A stretch of DNA of 64,000 nt from Octopus sinensis (lineage: Eukaryota): the NCBI RefSeq assembly GCF_006345805.1, contig NC_043008.1:44454001-44518000 (forward strand). The letters run 5' to 3'. The notes beneath the pieces were generated by a model. It was given only the letters and a program-made list of their open reading frames with translations. It was not told where the DNA came from and did not search any database. Both the position numbers and the translations under genes were made by a program. Every line of letters starts with the position of its first letter. Positions within the stretch are counted from its first letter, which is position 1. This document shows, piece after piece, positions 13,541 to 27,978 of this stretch.

Positions 13541-14139
13541 GTAGCAATATCGCCCAGCGTTGCTCGGGTTTGTTTCAACCCTTTAAAATTAGAATTTTTG
13601 AAAAGTAAAACTTTTCCATTATGTAGCTTGTTATTCTCTTTAAGTGAACATTTTCCCGGTTGAAATGCACCGAAAATGGCGATACAACAGTCACAAAATC
13701 GTAAAAAAATAGGGATTTTCATAGAAAAAAATAATCTTTTTGATGTAAAGAAGTTTTGGTGCTAACATGGTCCGATTCGAATTTGTTTCTTCTACGAAAA
13801 GAAGAGCAAGCCTTCTTCTATCATACATGTAGCTTGTTATTCTCTTTAAGAGAACATTTTATGGTTGAAATACACCGAAAAATGCCGACACAGCAGATGG
13901 AAAATCATAAAAAAAAATAGCGATTTTCCATAGAAAAAAAGCACCTTTTTGATGTAAGGAATTTTTGGTGTTAACATGGTCCGATTTGAATTTTTTCTCC
14001 TACTGAAGGAAGAGCAAGCCTTCTTCTATCATACTCTCAATTTTGGTCAACTTGCGCCGCAAGCTCTCGGAGGAGACAGTGTTAGTTGAAGGCTACCAAA
14101 CATGCCATACACAGACAATTTCAGCTTTATATATATAGA
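13541..14139 (-). mobile_element. Non-autonomous Helitron-type element with ~205-bp internal tandem duplication
   Basis: 5' TC at 14139 after A, and hairpin plus CTAC at the 3' end. Units 13619-13825 and 13826-14032. Confidence 0.85.
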
Positions 14140-14886
14140 TTTGCACCAAATTACTTGAATTTTAATGACATGTGTCCAGGCAGCGCCCTCGTCTGTAGGA
14201 TTTTTTTGTGCATTACTGTATGATATTGGTTTCAAATTTCAGCACAAAATTCTGCAAGCTCGCCGCCATTTCTGAACAAAAAGAGGAGAGAAATCGACGG
14301 TTCCTGAACAAATGTAGGAGACGTCATGGGTGGAAGTGATTGAAGAACATAAGACGGAGTGCTTGCGCTAAGAAAGAACGAGCAGACCACAATCTCGCGA
14401 CCACAATATAACTTGGCCATGTAACCCCACCGGATAACTATATCATATGAATGGTCATTATATGTTATCAGCAAGCAAGTTGTTTCGAAATAATTTTAAG
14501 TTGTATTCAATGCAAACCGCACATAAATGGCTTCCGATATTGTGATGTAGGAAAATATCAATTTTGCTCTAGTTGAGATGATATATTTTAAAATACAGTT
14601 TTTCACTTTGTATTCTCTTTGTGAAATAAACACTTATTTGTTGCTTCAAGAAGTACATTTCTATTTTCCAATATCGCTCTAAGACTTCATTTCTCCATAA
14701 TACTTAATTCTTATCTTCTCCATGCCAAGTGATATTGATGTAAAAAGAAAATTTATATGAACACAATAAAATTGATATGAACGTAGTTAACAACCACACA
14801 CTATAGAATATATCAGGCTGAGTACAAAGTAAGTAAAGTTTAGAAACACGAAATTCATCACAAAATATTTCAACAATGCAGAAACG

Positions 14887-15923
14887 TTATTCATCAAAGT
14901 AAGTACCATTACAATCAACACAATATTGCCAACGCGTTACAAGTTTCAGTTTAAAATTCCTGTAACATAAAAATATGGGGTTCTGGAGATGCTGAACTCT
15001 TTGTACGCACATTCAGCATTGGTTTAATTTTAGAATTCCTTCTCTAGCAGGAAACCATCAGGGAGCTTGAAAAAGCGGTAGTCGGTAGGAGAAAGGTCTG
15101 GGGAATAAATTGGGTGGGCAAGAACTTCGTGGCCAAGTTCTCTCAACTTCTGGAGCGTCATTAGTGGAACGTGTTGTCGTCCATTGTCATGATGAATGAT
15201 TGGCCGTCTTCTGTTGACCAGTCTGGGGCAGAGGAGTAGCAGTGTTTCGTTCATTTTGGCAATTTCATGGCAATATGTTTCTACAATAATGGCCCTTCTG
15301 AGTTTTAAGAAGTTATAGTGGATGAATCCAGCAGTAAAACACCAAACAGTCTCAATAACCTTCTTTGTGAAGAGCTCGGGTTCAGGAAAGTTTTTCGGTT
15401 CTTCATTTTGATCCAACCACTACGAAGAACATTTTTTTTTATTATTGTACAGAATCCCTTTTCATCGCAAGTTACAATACGGCCGAGAAATGTATCGGTC
15501 TGGTTACTGAGAAGAAGCAACGAGCAAATTTCATATCTGCGCATTATGTGTTTTACATTCAAATCGTGTGGTACCTACTTGTCGAGCTTTTTTTGATTTT
15601 CCGATCGCATGCAAATGGTTGCAAGCTGTTTTCTGACTAACTTGAAGTTCTTTTGCCAGATATCGAGTGGTTTTACGTGGATCTTTCTCAATGGCTATCT
15701 TTAATTGACCGTCATCGATGTCAGATAGGCGTGCACTGCATTCACGATCTTCAAGGCTCGGGTCTCCACTTCGAAATCGTGTAAACTATTCTCGAGATGA
15801 CCACTGACTGGTCATTTCCTCACGAAATATTTCCTTGATATAGCGAGCAGTTTCAGCTGCTTTACGTCCTTTTTTGAAGTTGAATTGCAAAATTGCTCGA
15901 CTATCGCACTTTGATAGTTCCAT
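14887..15923 (-). pseudogene. Full-length but disrupted mariner (DD34D-type) transposase
   Basis: Starts MELSKCDSRAIL..FKKGRKAAETAR; contains IVTCDEK, HHDNGRQH and YSPDLSPTDY; ends KLVTRWQYCVDCNGTYFDE*. Multiple frameshifts and stops. TIRs not confidently found. Confidence 0.92.
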
Positions 15924-16540
15924 TTCTGTTGATTGTAACCACGGTGAAAATAATATCAATTATAATTTATCGTTATATTTGGCAAGTCTTTGTCTATATT
16001 ATCAGACAATTGCGCAAAAATATTTTAGAAAATTTTAAATTCTGCAAAACTCGGGTGCGAATTCATCGTTCAAAAATTTTTATACTTTTTACTCGACCTA
16101 ATATATATTGTGCACTTGTATAGGTATACAGTTCAAAGAAAAATTACAAGTGTTTCAGCGGTAATGTCAGTTGCACACTTGTGTGTGAGTGGGTATGAGT
16201 ATATGTGTATGTGTGTGTGCGTGTGTGCGCGCGTTTGTGTGTGTGTAGGCGGTGGTAAGTGGTTAAGAAATTCCCTCTGCAACCAAGTGCATTGGATTGA
16301 GCTCCACAGCGTGACACGTTAGGTAAGTCTTGTAGAGTCTCCCTCAGGCTGATGAATTCTCTGTGGATACAATTGCTAGACAAGAACTATATGGAAGCAC
16401 ATTAGGTGTAACTGGACCCTCAGTTTTACTAAGCACTGTAAAAGAACTCGGAATGTTGGGCCTTTAACCTGGCCTCTCGCAACACCAGCCAGGAACCTTT
16501 CAGCACTCTCTCGCATGTGGTCTGTTATATAACTGTCGCT

Positions 16541-16773
16541 AATGCGACGAGCTGGCAGAAACGGTAGCACGCCGAGCGAAATGCTTAGCGGTATTTCGTC
16601 TGCCATTACGTTGTGAGTTCAAATTCCGCCGAGGTCGACTTTGCCTTTCATCCTTTCGGGGTCGATAAATTAAGTACCAGTTACGCACTGGGGTCGATGT
16701 AATCGACTTAATCCATTTGTCTGTCCTTGTTTGTCCGCTCTATGTTTAGCCCCTTGTGTGGGGTAAAGAAATA
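16541..16773 (+). mobile_element. SINE family A, full length
   Basis: B-box gagttcaaattcc, core gcctttcatcctttcggggtcgataaattaagtacc, tail aaagaaata. Confidence 0.9.
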
Positions 16774-16949
16774 TATATATAACTGTTCCAATCCTTTGTA
16801 ATTACTCCTCCCAGATTATGTTTCGGGGAGAGATTAAAAACATAAACGTAGGGAGTTTTAGCAGAAAATTGCCATAAAAATCATCCTTCATTTAGACATC
16901 GTAAATTATTTGTCTGAACAAATTGATTCATAAACGCAAGGGATTTATA

Positions 16950-17215
16950 ACAGATTTTAATTCATAAGATTTCATACATTTTGATAGTCTGTATAATAGA
17001 TACACAAAGCGAAGAAGATTACAACCTTACTACAATATTTACACATGGCCAGAGAAACCAGAAAAATCCAAAAATGCCAATGAAAAACATGTCATAAACT
17101 TCTTGGAACAATACCAAACCAGTTACACAAGACAACACTGAGAGCAATTGAAATTGAGAACCTACGAAAAGTTCTGCAGAAATCGGTTCTCAGCTATTCC
17201 ACATAATGTCTTTGA
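16950..17215 (+). mobile_element. Degenerate R4/NeSL-type endonuclease C-terminal fragment
   Basis: LGTIPNQLHKTTLRAIEIENLRKVLQKSVL matches the GALGTIP..LQKSAL pattern. Confidence 0.55.
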
Positions 17216-17700
17216 AAAGTTGAAGACTCTTGTAGTTATGTCTGTTTTATAGATTTTCAGACAGATGCGATGATCGTGTCACTAATAATGTTTTTATTGC
17301 GGTCTTTCACTGCACAAATCTATCTGTGCGAATTGTCGTGATATAGAATATTGGTCATTTGCCATAACGAGCGATGGTTTCGCTATAATTTGATCCCATC
17401 TCTTTTTGCCACTTGTCGTTATTGTTGTTGTAGTTGTTGTTCTTTCGTCACAGAACAACGCTATTCAAGTAGTTGTGTGTTTACGCGCATTCCTAACGCG
17501 GCCATGTTGCGTTCTCTGTTATCCAAGATCTACATTAACTAGCGCGTTTTTCCTTAAAGTGTGACTTCATGTAGATTGCTTTGCTATATCCAATAGATTT
17601 TAGTAAATATTCTCTTTTCTCACTATTTCATTATGGCAGAATTTATGTTTGTATAAATACAGTCCTCTAAGTCTATATGTATTCATTTACCTAGCTATAT

Positions 17701-18120
17701 ATTTCTTTATTGCCCACAAGGGGCAAAACGTAGAGGGGACAATCAAGGACAGACAAAGGAATTAAATCGATTATATCGACCCCATTACGAAACTGGTACT
17801 CTATTTATAGACCCAGAAAGGATGAAAGGCAAGGTCGACCTCGGCGGAATTTGAACTCAGAACGTAACGACAGAAGAAATACCTATTTCTTTACTACCCA
17901 CAAGGGGTTAAACACAGACGGGATAAACAAGGACAGACAAACGGATTAAGTCGATTACATCGACCCCAATGCGTAACTGGTGCTTAATTTATCGACCCCG
18001 AAAGGATGAAAGGCAAAGTCGACCTCGGCGGAATTTGAACTCAGAACTCAACGGCAGACGAAATACGGCTACGCATTTCGCCCGGCCGGCGTGCTAACGT
18101 TTCTGACAGCTCGCCGCCTC
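17701..18120 (-). mobile_element. Head-to-tail SINE family A dimer (full copy 17885-18120, truncated copy 17701-17882)
   Basis: Flanked by catt(t/c)acctagctatat at 17684-17700 and 18122-18138. Confidence 0.9.
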
Positions 18121-18678
18121 GCATTCACCTAGCTATATGTAGATATTTGTGTGTGTGTGTAATTCCAGAAGGTTGTAGAGATCTGAAGAAAAATCAGGAA
18201 GTGTAAAACTTAAGTCTCGAGCTTTTCTTTGTTGACATTTAAATGGATTTCAATACATCTCATCTTGTTATTCTCTGTTGAAACTTAGAACAAACGATAT
18301 TCCTCTGAACGGTTCCACGTTTCTTTGAGTACTCCTCAGAAGTTAAACTTCTCTACCAACAATTTTAGCAATTCAAACCAATATTTAAATGAAATATAAA
18401 GCTGTACGTATACATGGTTGTATTGGTTTGAGTATCTTCTCTGCATCGTGGAATTAAAACTAATTCATTAATATTTATAAACATTATGACATATGTTTTA
18501 AAAAAATCTAAGACAAATGCATATTTCACAAAATTCGATATAATTTTGTCATTGCGCATCATTGTGACCTTCTATTTGAGTTTTTATTTCGAATTCTTTT
18601 AAAGTCGTATATCTTTTTAAGTTCTATATTTATCTATTTTACTATGTGTAATTAAGGTTTTCTGAGTAAAAAGCAAAA

Positions 18679-18718
<40 letters not shown>

Positions 18719-18756
18719 GTATATATGTATGTATTTATGAGTGTGTGTATATATTT

Positions 18757-18972
18757 CACGTGATCACCTGACTGAGCAAACTATCGGCTGCTGTTACACA
18801 TCGCTGGTCACAATGCATTTGCAACGTTTTAGCCTTCAAATGACGCCACCACGGTGGACAGGCGAGATGGCCAAACACTCCCCACTGAACGAAAGACAGG
18901 AGTGAAGCTACGGGAGATTAAATGTTTTGCTCACGAACACAACAACGACGCTAGGACAGCGAGTCGAACCTA
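18757..18972 (-). mobile_element. Diverged SINE family C-related copy
   Basis: ttttgctcacgaacacaac..gagtcgaacc. Confidence 0.5.
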
Positions 18973-19184
18973 ACTACAGAACCACACACCTTTACACATA
19001 CACACACAGATGGATGAATGGATGGATAGATAGATATCTTACAAGACATTTTAAAGAGAGTATTAAATGACCGATGAAATCGAAAACCTCTTCATCGGTG
19101 ACAACTGTGAAACAGCTGTTGCATATTTATATGTGTCCATAAACACACAAACAGAAACACACACACGCGCACACACACACTCAC

Positions 19185-19798
<614 letters not shown>

Positions 19799-20465
19799 AC
19801 GTTTATATATTCTGGTCTATGTAGAGTGTATACAAAAATATGTAGCCGTAAATCCCGCAGCCCAGACTAAAACATAACTAATAGCTTTTCATCTCCATTT
19901 CCAACACATTTTGTTCACATTAACTCTTTCATAAAATATGGAACATTATTATCCGAACAATACAATAAGACAAAATGGTATCGGTTCTTTTTGCTTCGGT
20001 AACAGCATTGTAAATATCCTGTAGCATGTTAGATTCTTTCGTTTGGAACGAATAATATATAATTAACGGGAAATAGAATGTGTGACTTTGTTTACCAAAT
20101 GCGGAATATCTGTTGATAATGTAATCGCTCGTGTAGAAAATTAGCTGACATAATTCCAATTAACAGTGGAAGCCATGACACTCTCCCCATGCCGCCATTT
20201 TTAATATAGTTCCATTTTTTTAAACGTGTACCAAAATCTACACACAGTTTGCAGCGAATCGAAGTAGTAGCTTCTTGATTACGCCCTCTATCGTCGAACA
20301 CTTTTGTTAAAAACTAACAAGTGGGAAAGTCCCTCTTTTATCCAATACGACTTCCTATTTTAAGATAGTTGTGCCTAATATGAGAGAGATTTGACATACA
20401 TGTTTAGCAGATCGTGGTTTCCCAGTTAGCACTTTATGTTGGAATTCTGATACCAACTGTTACCA

Positions 20466-20628
20466 GGCACATGGGTGGCTGTGTGGTAAGCAGCTTGCAC
20501 ACCAACCATGTGGTTCCGGGTCCAGTCCCACAGCGTGGCACCTTGGGCAAGTGTCTTCTACTTTGGCCACGTGCCGACGAAAGTCTTGTGAGTGGATTTG
20601 TTAGACAGAAACTGAAAAAATCCCGTCG

Positions 20629-20664
<36 letters not shown>

Positions 20665-20905
20665 GTGTGTGTGTGTGTGTGTGTTTGTGTGTGTGTGAGT
20701 GTGTTTTCCCCCCAACATCGCTTGATAACTGATGCTGGTGTGTTTGTGTCCCCGTAACTTGGCGGTTCGGCAAAAGAGATCGATAGAATAAGTACTAGGC
20801 TTACAAAGAATAAGTCCTGAGGTCGATTTGCTCGACTAAAGGTGGTGCTCCAGCATGGCCGCAGTCAAATGACTGAAACAAGTGAAAGAGTAAAGAGAGT
20901 AGAGT
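20466..20905 (+). mobile_element. tRNA-derived SINE family B (internal TA/TG tract)
   Basis: gtggctgtgtggtaag..ggttccgggtccagtccca..tail ggtgctccagcatggccgcagtcaaatgactgaaacaag. Confidence 0.9.
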
Positions 20906-22651
20906 ATGTTCTGATGCCATGGTTTCCTTTACAGGGTCACTGGAGCCGCTAGCAACCTGCTTGAAATAACAACCAAGAGGACCTCAAATAATGTCCTACT
21001 ATCTAAAAAGACTATTACGTAGTAGATTAGTTGAACCTGGGTACAAAATACTTAGGAACAAAATGTTTTGTCACAGCTGGAATGCCTTAATGTATTGTAT
21101 CCACAGAATCAGATGCGACATGTGATCAAGACATGATTTTCATTGCTGGAAGGCTTGAATCCCAACGTCTACTCCATCATATACTACATGGTTCAAAGAA
21201 ACAGTTCTCCAGTTCTCGTAATGTCGTGTTCAAATTTTCTTAGTTGTTCTTTCATTATTTACAGAACATGCGATTCATTAGGGTATAAACCATCATATTA
21301 ATGTCTAATCAATTAATACTGTTTATCCTGTGACAAGAATATATCAAATATTGCTATTCATATAATCTATTTTTTGGCATACAAGGTGATAAATGCGCAT
21401 ACGTTTCAGACTGATTTAACATCCTCAGAGAAGCCTAAATTCCTTCCTTCCTCAGTTAGTGATAGGGAAAACCATTTCACTGCATAAAGTTAATCGGCTA
21501 TAGGGATTTAAACTCATGGAAAGTGTATAGCTGTTAGTAAGTGAGTGTCCGTTTGCATGACCCTAAATATATATTCTTTTCAAATTTAGTTACTATAACG
21601 GTTCTTTTACCAGAAAAAATTCAAGCAAAATATCATTACTTTAACGTCTTATTGTATTCCATATTCTTCCATTTTTGCTGCATTAGTCAAGCCCTCCACC
21701 CGTGAAAAATATTTCAGTGCATTAAGATGTACTCTTTTTTTGCAGTAGATGAGCGGTTAATGTTGATATTTAAAAGGGAAATGGGGGATGGGAATACTCT
21801 GCTTCGTTGTAACTTAGCTGAATTGAGATGGGAGAAAGAGAGAGAGACGTACATACAGACAGACAGACGGAGACACACAGATAGGGAGATGGACAGAGAC
21901 AGAGATAGAGAGAGAGCGAGAACGAGAGTGTGAGAGATGGGGAGATAGAGAAAGAGAAAGCGATACAAGGAGCGACAAGTATGGATCCCGAGCTTGCTCT
22001 AGTTTTATCGTTATAGAATCCAAAATGGCGAAAATCAGTTTAGACTTAACTAGGAATTGCATTCAAAGGGTGAAAGCGGGGAAGAACTATCATGAAGTTC
22101 TATAAATCGATCTAGCAATTCCTAACTTTTCGCTGCCAAAATATTTCATTTGATATAACCTTAAAATTAATATTTACCTTAGAAAGATTTGTTATAAATA
22201 TAAATTTCTTTTATATCAAATTTGACAAAAAAAATATATATAAAATGCATAATTTAAAGGAAAAATGTTTTTTTTTATATTAGTTTTTTCTCTTAGATGT
22301 CATCAACCGTCATTTGTGCGAGAAAATAAATTTATTGAGAAAGATCAAAAGACACTACAAAGATTTCACATAGATGAAATGGATTTAAAATAAGTGACGA
22401 AATCTATTTTGTAACATCTTAAACATCTTATTTTTATGAGGACCCAATAAAAGATTCTACTTTGTTATATTTCAAATTATTTTTAATACGATATACAATA
22501 TTCCAATATGGTTGAGTTACGTAACTTGAAATCTAAAGCTCTTTTAGTACAGAGATCAGAAATTAATTGTAAAGTTAACACCATGAATATTTAAAAGCGA
22601 CTGCAAGAACGACAATAAAAATATTATATGCAAACTCATCTATCTATCTCT

Positions 22652-22721
<70 letters not shown>

Positions 22722-22776
22722 ATATATACACACACACTTATATATCTATTTATCTATCTATCTATCCTTATGCATG

Positions 22777-22836
<60 letters not shown>

Positions 22837-25800
22837 TACATTCTAAACGCGGAATAGATAAAACAGAGAACAACTGATGAAGGGAATATTCTTTATATTG
22901 CCTGTCTCGTTTCTCATTTTGTCCTGTGCCCATATATGCAAGTATATATACATATATATGTATGTATGTACATATATGTATGTATATATGCATATATTTA
23001 TAAGTTACGTATATTATAATATATATTTGTGAGTATGTATACATGCACACATATATAAATATATGTATATGTACACATGCGTATATGTAAAGACAATATA
23101 TGCATATAATGGTATAATGTGTTTTAACGTGGGGATTTGTTCACATGGTGTATCGAAAGAAGAAACCCATGCGGTGCCTGTTCTGAGGGTTTGTGTTATG
23201 TTCAAATTGCGCCGAGATTAACTGTACCTTTCACTCTTCAGGAATCGCTAACAAATGCTTTTCATGATGACGAAGGTTAAGGTTAACTCGCTACACAATG
23301 GAGGATCAGATGTATCACAGATGTGACAAGCTAATGATTCCATCGGACCTTTTAACCCCCAACTCTTCTTGTTAAAGAATGAAAGGCAATTTTAACTTCG
23401 GTGAGATTATGACTCAGCGCATAGAAAGGCAGAAGAACTATCGCGGGACTTTCTCCCCGCTTTTCTACTGAATCGGATTTATTTGCAACCGCAAAGCATA
23501 ATTAATTAAATAATGAATATTTAGATAGAATTCAGTGTTATGTATGGTATATATTGTTTGTAAGGCTTTTTTGGTTATTCAACGGATTTTGGTGGCGAAA
23601 GTGCGACGAACCTAGCGTATATTTAACTTCAGAAGTTTAAATACGTTTTTGATACGTAAATTTATGATAAATATAAGGATATACTTTGCTTTAGAAGAAC
23701 TTTAAGTTCTCACCCCCCTTCTTTTATTTCGTCCTCCGGCAAATATATAAAATTACTGTTGACTGAAACACGTTGCTTTTGTATACTTAGGATTCATTTC
23801 ACAAGCTGTGTCATCAAAAATCTTAGATTTACTTTAATGCACGTCAGATCATATAACATTTTTAATCTTAAATTATTCTCAAGTTCTTTTTTATTTTGCA
23901 GAATGATATTAAATGTCTTATTCAAACATAATCCGAAAAATTATTTATCTATTCCGGAATTTAGTCTGGCAATACAGAATAATTATGGAAGCCATTAAAG
24001 AACGTAAATCTTGTTAATGAACTGGCCAGAAGCATTTGTAACAAATATTTTTACTCTTTTAGAAGGAGACAGCCATACAAAAAAGAAAGATTGCTGCAAC
24101 AGTACATACGGCTTGCAATTTGTCAACTCAATTTAAGGATGTTGTAATATTTAATTTTCTAACTGAAATAAATCAGGCAGTTTTAATTAGGATTTGTAGC
24201 AACAAAAATATTCGTTGTGTTGAATTATTTTGTATTTTCAGTTACTTTCAGAAGTAAGTTCTGTTTATATACAAATATATTCTGCTGACGTTGGTAGTTA
24301 TTAAACTTTCACTATTTTTATAAACTATACGAATTATTATCATCTCATCTTTAAAGTAATTATAATTCTCTTTCATTATCTCTTCAGAGCTGAGTTATCT
24401 TTTGGGCGGTTACATAATGCTGTGCATTTTCAGTGATATTTGTCAAGTTAAATCTAAACGTTTCTATATCTAGGGCGTATTCTGGTTCTGTATGGTCTGT
24501 ATCCAGATGTCGCCAGCTCCATTTTTGCCTTCCATCTTTCCAGGAGGCCTAAGAGGTATTCTCTATAAAGTACTGTAAAGATCTGTAAACAACGTCGACT
24601 TTATTGTCTTCACTCTGGCCTTTACTGGCCTTGTGCCTCAATTAGAAACAATTATGCAAAACCAAATCGTGTCTGGCAGGGGCGGTCTATTGATTCAAAG
24701 GCTTTAAGCATGCAGGACCAGTCTCTTAACGAGGCCTTCTTATCTAAATTTAAAACTACAGTATTAACCAATATTTTCTTCTTTAATATGTTAGGATATA
24801 ATACGGGTGAGATTTGGCTGCTGTTTTAGGTTCAGTGACCGCGTGAAACCTTCGTCAACCACTTGCTGTTGTCATTTTATCGAGCGTCATTTATGTTTAT
24901 CGGCCTCGAAGAAAAATTCAGGTAGACATGATCAAGAGTTGAACTCAGAAGGTAAACAGATAAGGCAAAATGCTACATTTTATATCGGAAACACTCTATC
25001 CATCCTTCCAATTTGTGAGTATTTAATCAGACACAGGAACAAAGCAATCAATTATATGTGCAAGCATCCCTAACACAATATCAATATATTCTGAGCATCA
25101 GACCTTCACGGGAGTCATTCCACCATTACATATAGCAGACTCCAATTTTAGACATAACATTACAAAATCTTTGACCAAACGTCTAACTCGATATTTTGAA
25201 TTCTATGCATTGATCCAACCTTTTTCCTACCCAGTACCCAGTCAACACCCGACTTATACTTCCTCACCAAACGTATACTAGATCCTTTTCTTTACGCATG
25301 CTGTAAATGGATAATATATAGATGATAAATATCGATTTCTAATTGACATGAATATAGGTTGTTGAATCGAAGATGTTCCTGTCCTGATTTAATTAAACAA
25401 CGAATCGATTTCAATACGTAATATCGTTAGTAAATTATTTTTAAACAGTTCATGGAGATATTAAACTAATTAGACAAAAAAATAATCAGTGAAATGTTCA
25501 TAAATTAATTAATGAAGTAAACAACATTAATACAATTAATTCTAACAAATTACATAATTGCATTGGGGTTAGAGATGCTTTTCTATAGCATCTGTAATCA
25601 TTAGGCTAATTAGTGAACGAAGAAACTATTATATTTTATATTTTCAACTCGAAGACAAAAATGAAACCTGCTCCTTAATTAAGAGAACCATACTTAGAAT
25701 TTGGTAAACAGACACAATATACACTGCGTGTTACTATTTTTGTTTCTTATATCCTCCTGCCGTATTTCAGCATTTGGGGAGCGGTCATGCTGGAGCACTG

Positions 25801-26001
25801 CCGTCGACGTTTTGTTGATGGTATATACCAAGGAATTTTTATGTTAATTATTTTATGGGTGTTATAAGATTGACATAAACGAAATAGGAAGCACATTTTG
25901 GTAGGGGACACACCGATTTTCGGTTTTGTTCAACCAGTTATCGCTCGTCTGTCTGAATATCAGCCTGTCTCTGCCACCATATATATATATATATATATAT
26001 A

Positions 26002-26388
26002 TCACCTTCACTTTCACTTTGACTGACCAGTCTGTCAGGCGTCCATTTGACACCGCTGGTCACAGCACGCTGTCCACTCCTCTCTGGATCGCGCCTTTCT
26101 CATCCACGTGATCCCAATCGTCCTCTAGGAATCGTCACTCCACCGTCGTGGAGGTCTTCCGGGTGGTCTTTTCCGCTCACGTGGGTACCACTCGACATCT
26201 GCGTGCGTCCACCGATTATCGGTGAGCCGGGCGACGTGTCCAGCCCATCTATACTTGCTGCGAGTATACTCTGCGATGACATCTCTCACGCCGGACTTCT
26301 TTCTGATGATGTTGCTATTTATGTGCTCTCTCAACGAGATACCAAGTATTGACCTTTCCATGGCTCTTTGAGTGTAATAAGATTGACG
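26002..26388 (-). mobile_element. RTE-clade LINE 3' fragment
   Basis: QRAMERSILGISL..IRKKSGVRDV..KYRWAGHVAR..WYPRERKRPPGRPPRRW. Inserted between (TA)n tracts. Confidence 0.9.
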
Positions 26389-26439
26389 AAATATATATAT
26401 ATATATATATAACCTAGCGGATAACATAAAAAAAAACCA

Positions 26440-26990
26440 TATACTCTTCACAACAGAATACAGTCAAAATCAACAACTCTTCCTGGATGTATTAATTGTC
26501 AAAATGACACAAACTTCGTAACGACATTCACTTCACACCGACAAATTCAAAACAATACTTCTTTCTGTTGATAGCACACCAAAACGAAATATTCCATGTA
26601 ATCTGAGTTTCAAGATCCAAAATGGTCGGATTTTGAATGTGCACGATCATTTCCGATTTTGATATTCAGAATGAGAGATTCCAAAGACGAAAGCAAATAG
26701 CACTTAATGAATTATAACAAAATGTATTATTAACGGAATTGGACGGGTGAAAACAACAGTTCTTTAAGAATTACGCAGAACAAACATCTAGTCCCATTCA
26801 CCAAACATTCTAGAATACATAACACACAGCCCAAGGAGTAAAGAAACTTACAATATTATCCCTCGGAATATTTGATTATTGTAAGAAAATTCTAGGATGA
26901 AAAATACACTTCAAACATTCAAAGCAGATAAAAACATAAAAAGCAACTAAAATCCCTAAAGAAATTACTTTCTAGTGCCAAATTACCTGC
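26440..26990 (+). pseudogene. Degenerate Penelope-like reverse transcriptase fragment
   Basis: Frameshifted peptides ILFTTEYSQNQQLFLDVLIVK / DIHFTPTNSKQY / THSPRSKETYNII / KSLKKLLSSAKL resemble PLE RT, thumb and linker motifs (FTxE..LPFLDV, TDIYxKPT, HNP, KRQPxNLKxLLTxAK). Confidence 0.7.
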
Positions 26991-27126
26991 CAAAGAAGAA
27001 CCCAAATGGTGCAAAATGGTTCTGGTTGAACCCCTGGAACACGCATCAAGGATAGAGATCTAATGAATTCAAATCCCTTCACCTGTTTGTCAAGAGATTT
27101 GATATAGTATATTACTTATAGTAGTT

Positions 27127-27360
27127 TAAGGCGGCGAGCTGCCAGAAACGTTATCACGCCGGGCGAAATGCGTAGCCGTATTTCGTCTGCCGTTACGTTC
27201 TGAGTTCAAATTCCGCCGAGGTCGACTTTGCCTTTCATCCTTTCGGGGTCGATAAATTAAGTACCAGTTACGCACTGGCGTCGATATAATCGACTTAATC
27301 CGTTTGTCTGTCCTTGTTTGTCCCCACTATGTTTAGCTCCTTGTGGGCAATAAAGAAACA
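27127..27360 (+). mobile_element. SINE family A, full length with 13-bp TSD
   Basis: tattacttatagt at 27110-27122 and 27363-27375. Confidence 0.92.
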
Positions 27361-27554
27361 GGTATTACTTATAGTGGCTCTAATGGTGATTTCATCCAGG
27401 ATTGAATATTACTTTGGGAAACAAACTCTCTATTCACAGACAACAATAATGAGATTCTAATATAAAACCGATTCTATTTAGATATATGTGCAGAGAAAAT
27501 TTCCACACTAACTTGGTCTTCACGTTTTTCTTTTTGTTCAAACAAAGCTACAAA

Positions 27555-27719
27555 GGCGCAGGAGTGGATGTGTGGCAAGTAGCTTGCTCACCAACCACAT
27601 GGTTCCGGGTTTAGTCCCACTGCGTGGCATCTTGGGCAAGTGTCTTCTGCTATAGCCCCGGGCCGACCAATGCCTTGTGAGTGGATTTGGTAGACGGAAA
27701 CTGAAAGAAGCCTGTCGTA

Positions 27720-27753
<34 letters not shown>

Positions 27754-27978
27754 TATGTGTGTGTTTGTGTGTCTGTGTTTGTTCCCCTTAGCATTGCTTG
27801 ACAACCGATGCTGGTGTGTTTACATCCCCGTCACATAGCGGTTCGGCAAAAGAGACCGATAGAATAAGTACTGGGCTTACAAAGAATAAGTCCCAGGGTC
27901 GATTTGCTCGACTAAAGGCGGTGTTCCAGCATGGCCGCAGTCAAATGACTGAAACAAGTAAATGAGTAAAGAGTAAAG
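27555..27978 (+). mobile_element. SINE family B, full length
   Basis: High similarity to the 20466 and 29029 copies. Confidence 0.92.

Noticed and set aside
22870-22915. CTGATGAAGGG motif
   Set aside because: No downstream GAAA or stem I partner, so it is not callable as a hammerhead.
27127-27215. tRNA genes at SINE heads
   Set aside because: They have A/B-box similarity but no complete cloverleaf and continue into SINE bodies.
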